DNA of 13,643 nucleotides from Methanobacteriota archaeon. GTDB lineage: Archaea; Methanobacteriota; Methanobacteria; Methanobacteriales; Methanobacteriaceae. Under the pieces are notes generated by a model. It was not told the DNA's origin. It saw only the letters and a list, made by a program, of their open reading frames with translations, and searched no databases. Shown piece after piece: positions 7,987-13,643 of this stretch (within the stretch, counting starts at the first letter, position 1; each line of letters opens with the position of its first letter). The stretch lies in NCBI GenBank assembly GCA_963787255.1, contig CAWBCJ010000002.1, positions 1 through 13,643 on the forward strand. The letters run 5' to 3'. The position numbers were made by a program, and so were the translations under genes.

Positions 7987-8442
7987 TTGAATGAAACCCA
8001 AAAAAGAATACCCAACAACATATTGCTGATAGAAGACAATCCCGCCGATATAAGATTAATCAAAGAACTATTCAAAGATTATAAAACAGAAAATGAACTA
8101 TACACTGTTAACGACGGCGTTAAAGCCCTAAAATTCCTTTACAAACAAGGCCAGTATGAAGATACACCCCGTCCAGATTTAATACTTCTTGATTTAGGTT
8201 TACCGCGAAAAGACGGTTGGGAAGTATTAAAAGAAATAAAAAAAGACAAAAAACTAAAAAACATCCCTGTAATTATTGTAACCGTTTCTACTGACCCCGA
8301 AACAGTTTTTAAAGCTTATCATCATCAAGCTAATTGTGTAATTATTAAGCCATTAGATATTGATGACTTCAACAGATGCATTAAAAGTATGACTGATTTT
8401 TGGTTTAATATTGTTAAATTGCCTATTAGCATTCTTGTTTAA
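7987..8442 (+). CDS. single-domain response regulator (Rcp1-like receiver)
   Basis: ILLIEDNPADIRL, phospho-acceptor in PDLILLDLGLPRKDG (Asp codon 8191-8193), IPVIIVT, ANCVIIKP. Confidence 0.95.
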   Translation: MNETQKRIPNNILLIEDNPADIRLIKELFKDYKTENELYTVNDGVKALKFLYKQGQYEDTPRPDLILLDLGLPRKDGWEVLKEIKKDKKLKNIPVIIVTVSTDPETVFKAYHHQANCVIIKPLDIDDFNRCIKSMTDFWFNIVKLPISILV

Positions 8443-8465
8443 TATATAAAGAGGATTTTAAAAAA

Positions 8466-8901
8466 ATGGAAGAAAATCATAAAATCAATATTTTATTAAT
8501 GGAAAATGAAGAACCTGATAAAAGCATTATAAATTTATTAAAAAACTTTTCAAGTGAAAATCAGGTTAAATTATCCGTTTTTAATACCCCCAAGGATACA
8601 TTAGACCACTTAAAGCAAATCGTAGCATCTTCTGAACATAATGGGACATAATATTCTGCTATTTAATTCAAAACCACCATTAAATAATGTTATGGATGTT
8701 ATATGGGAAATTAAAGAAAGTCCGGATTTAAGGATTACACCCGTATTTATAATAGCAGAATCACTGGGTAATGAAGATATTAATGAAGTTTACAAATGTC
8801 ATTTAAATTGTTTTATTGCTAAACCACAAGATATAGAAGGATTGATCCGAATTATAGATTCTTTTAAGGAATTATGGCTTAAATATGTAAAATTACCCTG
8901 A
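8466..8901 (+). CDS. degenerate receiver-domain protein (pseudo-receiver), ~144 aa; one frameshift ~8644
   Basis: The two listed ORFs join by removing one base. The product aligns with the upstream regulator (ILLMEN, ILLFN, IKESPDLRITPVFII, LNCFIAKP) but has Asn at the phospho-Asp position. Confidence 0.8.
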
Positions 8902-9032
8902 TAAAAAAATATTTACTATAAAAAAAAATCAGGTTAGGCTTAGAGAAGTGAATACAGTGGATTGAATGTTAATTTTTCTGCTTTTTTGTGCTGGTTTTCT
9001 TATTTAAATTTTGTATTGTATGGTTTTGGTGC

Positions 9033-9162
9033 GTTTTAACTATCATTTACAAAGATTTAAATACTTAAAAGGTAATAAAATAAGTATGACTAGTATTACA
9101 AATTGGTCTATTCTACCTTCAGCCCAGGGACAAGATCACCCTGGGCACCCCTCCGTTAAAAC
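9033..9162 (-). ncRNA. candidate structured RNA, riboswitch-like (resembles the TPP 5' arm), family unresolved
   Basis: Nested stems found by eye: GTTTTAAC/GTTAAAAC, GAGGGGT/ACCTTTT, GCCCAGGG/CCCTGGGC, TAGAATAG/TTATTTTA and TATTTA/TAAATG. Confidence 0.4.
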
Positions 9163-9196
9163 TATATATATACTTTTTTTAAATTCTAGCAGGTTA

Positions 9197-9736
9197 TTAC
9201 CCTATTAAAATAAATAATCCTATCCCAATTAAAAGTAGCCCACCTATAACTCTAATTTCTTCCCCAAATACATATCTCACTTGTTTACCTATATAAAAAC
9301 CTACAAGTGATAATATAAATGCCATAATCCCTATAACAAGAGCAGGTAGTAATATAGGAGTACCTAGTAATGCAAATGATATTCCTACAACAAATGCATC
9401 GATGCTGGTTGCGATTGCAAGTACAAATATTTCTTTTAATTTAAAACTATTATTATCGCTCTCATCATCTGAAAAAGCGTTATAAATCATTTTAATACCG
9501 ATAATGGATATTAAAATGAACGCGATCCATGGGGCCAGTGTTGAAACAAATGTTTGCAGGGGTATTCCTAGTATCCATCCTCCTAATGCCATCAGTGCTT
9601 GTAATCCGCCAAATAATAAAGCAATGATTAATGCATGATTTATGGTGGATTCTACTACCATGCCTTTGGCTATGGCAATGAAGCAAGCATCTATGGCAAT
9701 TCCTACGGCTATAAGGAGAATTGTTATAAAATTCAT
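9197..9736 (-). CDS. mntP: manganese efflux pump MntP family protein
   Basis: Two repeats with IAVGIAIDAC.IAIAKG and LAIATSIDAFVVGISF, plus LFGGLQALM and IGIKMIY; about six TM helices. Confidence 0.93.
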   Translation of the reverse strand: MNFITILLIAVGIAIDACFIAIAKGMVVESTINHALIIALLFGGLQALMALGGWILGIPLQTFVSTLAPWIAFILISIIGIKMIYNAFSDDESDNNSFKLKEIFVLAIATSIDAFVVGISFALLGTPILLPALVIGIMAFILSLVGFYIGKQVRYVFGEEIRVIGGLLLIGIGLFILIG

Positions 9737-9917
9737 GGATTAACAATCCCCTATTTCTATGTTTTAGTGATTTTTTAACTTCCCATTATTTAAGATGAAA
9801 TTGTATAATCCAATTTTACCATATTTTAAATAGTATTAATTATTTCAATATATTTTATATAATTTGTATTACAAATAGATATTAATGAATAATAAAAGTA
9901 AATTATGGTGATTGTAA

Positions 9918-10263
9918 ATGAGTTTTGTAGAAATTGCAACAACAGATGAATTAATGGATGGTACTATGAAAATGGCTACAATTGAAGGGCGTGAAATCCT
10001 GTTAGCCCGAATTGGAGACAATTATTATAGTGCAGATAATCGTTGCCCCCATATGGGCGGTAATCTATCAATGGGCAAACTTAACGGAACCGTTGTAACA
10101 TGTCCCGACACCACAGCCAATTTGATCTAACTGATGGTCATGTAATTCGCTGGACAGACTGGACGGGGATTAAATTATCTTAGGTAAAGTATTGAAGTCA
10201 CCTCGGCCTCTTAAGATGCATGAAGTTAAGATAGAAGGAGATAAAATATTGGTTGACGTATAA
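9918..10263 (+). CDS. Rieske [2Fe-2S] ferredoxin (~115 aa); one frameshift ~10106
   Basis: Box 1 NRCPHMGG; adding one base restores box 2 CPxHHSQFDLTDG and the C-terminus ...PRPLKMHEVKIEGDKILVDV with TAA at 10261-10263; GGTGA RBS. Confidence 0.92.
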
Positions 10264-10464
10264 AAGTCGCAATATTATAGGGATTAATCTTTAATAATTT
10301 CGTTTATATATTGTTTATTCCATGTTTTTTTGCTTGGAATTAATTCGTAAATGTGCAAGAGTTAAGTTGAATTGATCCCCACATATTAGTAATAATATTT
10401 AGTAATTTATTAATATTATTGGAAATATAATTAATTAAAAACTAAGTTGGAGGTTTAAAAAAAG

Positions 10465-10680
10465 ATGAAGAAAATAGCTATAATAGTGGCTTTAATGCTG
10501 GTTTTAGGAGTAGTATTCATATCAGGATGCACCACAACTCCAACAAATAATACTACCGGAAACAATAGTGGACAAAATAAAAGTTCAGGCATACCCGGAT
10601 ACAGCACAGGACAAATAATAAACATTGGATCACAAAACATTGTATCAGACATTGAATCAGGAAAATCCAACAGTTCATAG
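10465..10680 (+). CDS. small putative lipoprotein, 71 aa
   Basis: MKK + hydrophobic stretch + ISGC lipobox-like motif, then a T/N/S-rich tail with N-x-S/T sequons; GGAGGT RBS. Confidence 0.75.
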   Translation: MKKIAIIVALMLVLGVVFISGCTTTPTNNTTGNNSGQNKSSGIPGYSTGQIINIGSQNIVSDIESGKSNSS

Positions 10681-10743
10681 GATACTAATCAACTTTATTT
10701 CCACTTTTTTTAAATCATTATCAACATAATAAGATATTAATTT

Positions 10744-11652
10744 TCACAACAAATACAAAAAATAAACATTTATTAGAATAATAAAAATAGATAATCCAAT
10801 TAAATTATAATTAACCCATTTATAAGCATATTTCCTATCAGATGGTCTATTTAAAGCGCTTAAAACTGCAATAGTTAATGGAATTAATGAAATCAATGCA
10901 ATTATTTTTAAATTAATGGCTGAATATAAATTAATTACAGATAAAAAGGCATAATACAAAGTTATTATCAAAGCTGAAATTACAATAAGAATAAAGCTTA
11001 ATGAACGGCCATATGAAACAACAAAAGTTTTTTTGCTGCCCTTTTTGTCTGCTTCCATATCTGGAATTTCAACATTTAAAATAAAATACAATTCATACAG
11101 CATTAAAGGAATTACAAAAAATATGAAATTAACATCCAATTTTCCCATTAAAATTACATAACCTATTCCTGGCACTATAAAACCAGTTAAAACCGTTGAA
11201 AACTCGCTTAATCCACGGTAAGAAAATTTAAGTGGTGGAGCAGAATAGAACCATCCTAAAGGATTCCCAGTAAAATCAATGCAAAGAAAGAAGGAAAATT
11301 GGAAATAAATTGTTATTATTGTTGCGGTTAACAGTGAAAGAAAAATAAGAATTAAAGCAAAATGTTTAGAAAACTCTCTTAATTGAGGATTTTCTAAAAG
11401 TATCCCGCTTCCTCCAGAAAATTGGCCTGGTTTACCAAAACTATCTACTTTTAAATCAAAATAATCATTACTATAAGAAACAGATAAATGTGCTAAAAAG
11501 AGTGCCAAATAGCCAAATATAACTATATTAAGATTAAATTTTGCATCTAATAAGAGGGCAAACAGGGCTCCACAACAGAAAAATAGAAACCCGCCTAAGA
11601 TGAACTGAAAACGACCAAGCTTAATGATTTTTAAAGTATCATTATAATTCAT
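10744..11652 (-). CDS. UbiA-superfamily prenyltransferase, MenA-like
   Basis: Asp-rich motifs SNDYFDLKVD and EIPDMEADKKG, FSGGSG, GWFYSAPPLKFSYRGLSE and many TM helices. A probable compensated frameshift at ~11265-11300 (LCIDFTG in frame versus FALILLG in the alternate frame). Alternative start at 11667. Confidence 0.88.
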   Translation of the reverse strand: MNYNDTLKIIKLGRFQFILGGFLFFCCGALFALLLDAKFNLNIVIFGYLALFLAHLSVSYSNDYFDLKVDSFGKPGQFSGGSGILLENPQLREFSKHFALILIFLSLLTATIITIYFQFSFFLCIDFTGNPLGWFYSAPPLKFSYRGLSEFSTVLTGFIVPGIGYVILMGKLDVNFIFFVIPLMLYELYFILNVEIPDMEADKKGSKKTFVVSYGRSLSFILIVISALIITLYYAFLSVINLYSAINLKIIALISLIPLTIAVLSALNRPSDRKYAYKWVNYNLIGLSIFIILINVYFLYLL

Positions 11653-11785
11653 AATATTAATATGCACTAGAAGTAATAAAAACGTTTACAATTCAATTAA
11701 ATATTTTTTTCAGGCGATGTTTTTTAAAATATAACAGGTATAAAAAGAAAATTGCTATTATTTTCTGATCCTATTTTTTAGAATC

Positions 11786-12007
11786 CTATTTTTCACAATA
11801 GAAGAAACTATTTAATCCATATTCGGCCCATACTAGACATGCACCGCAAGGACAGCCTTTATCTTTAAAATCACATTTAGAAATTCCATGGGAACAGAAT
11901 AAAAGTTCATCACTACTTTTCATGCACTCATTATAGGTTGTACATCCCGGGCAACGACATCTTCTTGCATTTTCATCTGTATCTGGAACAATTTTATTTT
12001 CAGCCAT
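11786..12007 (-). CDS. DUF2769-family Cys-rich protein, 73 aa
   Basis: CRCPGCTTYNEC...LFCSHGISKC...GCPCGACLV...FYC has the Cys spacing I recognise for DUF2769; GGTGAG RBS before the ATG at 12007. Confidence 0.8.
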   Translation of the reverse strand: MAENKIVPDTDENARRCRCPGCTTYNECMKSSDELLFCSHGISKCDFKDKGCPCGACLVWAEYGLNSFFYCEK

Positions 12008-12083
12008 CTTACTCACCTTATAAATAAATGATATATCCTAACCCCCCATTTAAACTGAAAATTATATCCACCAATTTTTTCAG

Positions 12084-13329
12084 TCATAAAGCTAGAATAT
12101 CCATATTTACTTCATTAAGCGTATTGCAACCAGTCAAGATCATAGCTCGATGAATATCTTCCTTCACGTACTCAAAATACATCCTAACAGCTGTTTCTCC
12201 TCCCCCTATAGCTGCCTGTGCTAATGTCCGGCCGATTAAAGCCACATCCGCGCCGAGAGCTATGATTTTAAGCACATCAAATCCTGTTCTTACTGCCCCA
12301 TCTGCCAAGATAATAATCTTTCCAGAAATCTCCTTTGAAATATCAGGAAGTACTTCTGCTACTCCTTGACCACCATCCATGACTCTACCTCCATGATTTG
12401 ATACATAACATGCACTGGCACCGGAATCAACCACTTTATTCGCGTCTTCACTACTCATGATACCCTTGAAGATAACTGGCTTCTCTATACAATCTACCAG
12501 TTCCTGGAGTTCCTTTTCACTTTTTCTGTAGACCTTTTTTTAGAGGCACCCCAATATGTTGACCCTGCTCCTTCTAGATCAACACCAACTGCAATCACAT
12601 CCAGTTCTTCTGCCCGTTTAAAAAGACTTATGAGCCTATCTTGAGATTGAGGTTTAAAGATAGGGATACCATATCCCTTGTTCTCACCTACAATGTTAAC
12701 TCCTAAATCTTCGGGACTTGTAGGATTATTTCCACCAGTCCAATGGATCCAGATACCCGTGCACCTCTTAAAAGAGCTCTGTAGAATGCTGCTTCTGGAA
12801 TTGCATCATTCATGCTTTCTTTAACCCCTGAAAGACTGGCACCCATGACCGGGGCGGTAATCTTCTTTCCAAAAATTTTAATAGACATTTGGGGTTCATG
12901 ATGGGCCTTAATCACCCGCATCTTCAGCTTGTACTTTTGAAGGGCATCGTAGTTTGCTTCAAAGGTTTTGGCCTGTCCTGCACCACCCATGCCAATGGGT
13001 GCTCCATACTTCTGTCCAGTACATATCCTATCGGGCTTGCCGTCACAGACCGGGAAAACACCACAAAATCCTGTAAGCATTCCCCTAGCTATATCACGAT
13101 AATAATTTAGATCCTTAATTTCATTCTGTTTTTCAGTATAAGCTGTCTTTTTAAGGGAAAATATATCATCACGTATCTGCTGTAAATATGTTTTAGGCAT
13201 TCCACAAACTGGACAATGCCACGTATCTGGAATCTCATCCCATTTTGTACCCGGCTTAAGGTTTGTAAGGGGATCTCCACTATTATCATCATATACATAA
13301 ACATTACAATAAGTGCACAAATATTTCAT
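12084..13329 (-). CDS. rubredoxin-fused FMN-dependent alpha-hydroxy-acid oxidase/dehydrogenase (~415 aa); two apparent frameshifts (~12734, ~12538)
   Basis: N-terminal rubredoxin YLCTYCNVYVYD...PGTKWDEIPDTWHCPVCG; unlisted middle frame GNNPTSPEDLG...IPIFKPQ...AVGVDLEGAG; then KPVIFKGIMS, catalytic SNHGGR, ADGAVRTGFDVLK and LGADVALIGR; GGTGA RBS. Confidence 0.9.
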
Positions 13330-13356
13330 CTACTATTCACCTTGGGATATCATAAA

Positions 13357-13643
13357 TTATTTTTCTACTTTGCGATAACGGTTTTTTGATATTTTTTCCA
13401 GATCAAAAAGATTATCTGCCTCTTCCTTAGAGAGTATTCCTTTCTTAACAGCAATATCCTTTATTGGTTGATTTGTTTTCATTGCTTCTTTTGCAAGTTC
13501 TGCAGCATTTAAATAACCTATCCGGGGCGAAAGAAGCGTTGCAAGAATTGGATTTATCCCCGCAACCTTCCTTAACTGTTCTTCATTGACTTGTATACCT
13601 TCAATACAGCGAGACTGGAAAATGGGAAGATAGTTATTTAGAA
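13357..13643 (-). CDS. 3' end of aspartate ammonia-lyase / class II fumarate hydratase (partial, continues beyond the window)
   Basis: Translates as LNNYLPIFQSRCIEGIQVNEEQLRKVAGINPILATLLSPRIGYLNAAELAKEAMKTNQPIKDIAVKKGILSKEEADNLFDLEKISKNRYRKVEK*, the AspA/FumC C-terminal domain; the two cannot be told apart from this part. Confidence 0.88.
   Translation of the reverse strand, partial: LNNYLPIFQSRCIEGIQVNEEQLRKVAGINPILATLLSPRIGYLNAAELAKEAMKTNQPIKDIAVKKGILSKEEADNLFDLEKISKNRYRKVEK

Noticed and set aside
7839-8075. 78-aa minus-strand ORF
   Set aside because: Antisense to the response regulator start and low-complexity intergenic DNA.
9011-9208. 65-aa plus-strand ORF
   Set aside because: TTG start without RBS, no motif, and it overlaps the structured element and the mntP end.
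9492-9746. 84-aa minus-strand ORF
   Set aside because: Alternate frame within mntP.
9737-9917. yybP-ykoY Mn riboswitch upstream of mntP
   Set aside because: The region is very AT-rich and lacks the expected GGGGAGUA-type motif and stems.
10391-10420. AATAATATT/AATATTATT inverted repeat
   Set aside because: All-AT arms in AT-rich intergenic DNA; likely chance.
10455-10670. 71-aa minus-strand ORF
   Set aside because: Antisense mirror of the lipoprotein gene, which has the RBS and lipobox-like motif.
12889-13304. ORFs 12889-13110 (+) and 13107-13304 (-)
   Set aside because: Antisense and alternate-frame shadows of the rubredoxin-oxidase gene.
1-13643. CRISPR array, tRNA/rRNA, transposase or integrase
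   Set aside because: No regularly spaced repeats, cloverleaf with a T-arm motif, or DDE/tyrosine recombinase motifs seen; the 30-bp repeat has only two copies and is coding.

Overview
AT-rich archaeal DNA that looks like Methanobacterium/Methanobacteriaceae (GGTGA/GGAGG ribosome-binding sites, BRE-TATA promoters, DUF2769, PRC-barrel, class III signal peptide); the taxon is inferred. About 15 small indels split otherwise intact genes, most likely long-read assembly errors. After rejoining fragments the window holds: an RHH-type small protein, bacterial-type RNase III (rnc), a small Cys/His protein, a secreted PepSY-like protein, one ~1030-aa six-PAS histidine kinase, a PRC-barrel protein, two unlisted small ORFs, a cupredoxin, a response regulator plus a pseudo-receiver, MntP, a Rieske ferredoxin, a small lipoprotein, a UbiA/MenA-type prenyltransferase, and a probable operon of aspartase/fumarase-II (3' end), a rubredoxin-fused FMN alpha-hydroxy-acid oxidase and DUF2769. 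The most notable signals are a GC-rich PAS module bracketed by an exact 30-bp direct repeat inside the kinase, a 130-nt riboswitch-like structure behind mntP, a 29-aa peptide that is only a class III signal peptide, and a cupredoxin with Glu at the axial Met position. No tRNA, rRNA, CRISPR array or transposase was seen.
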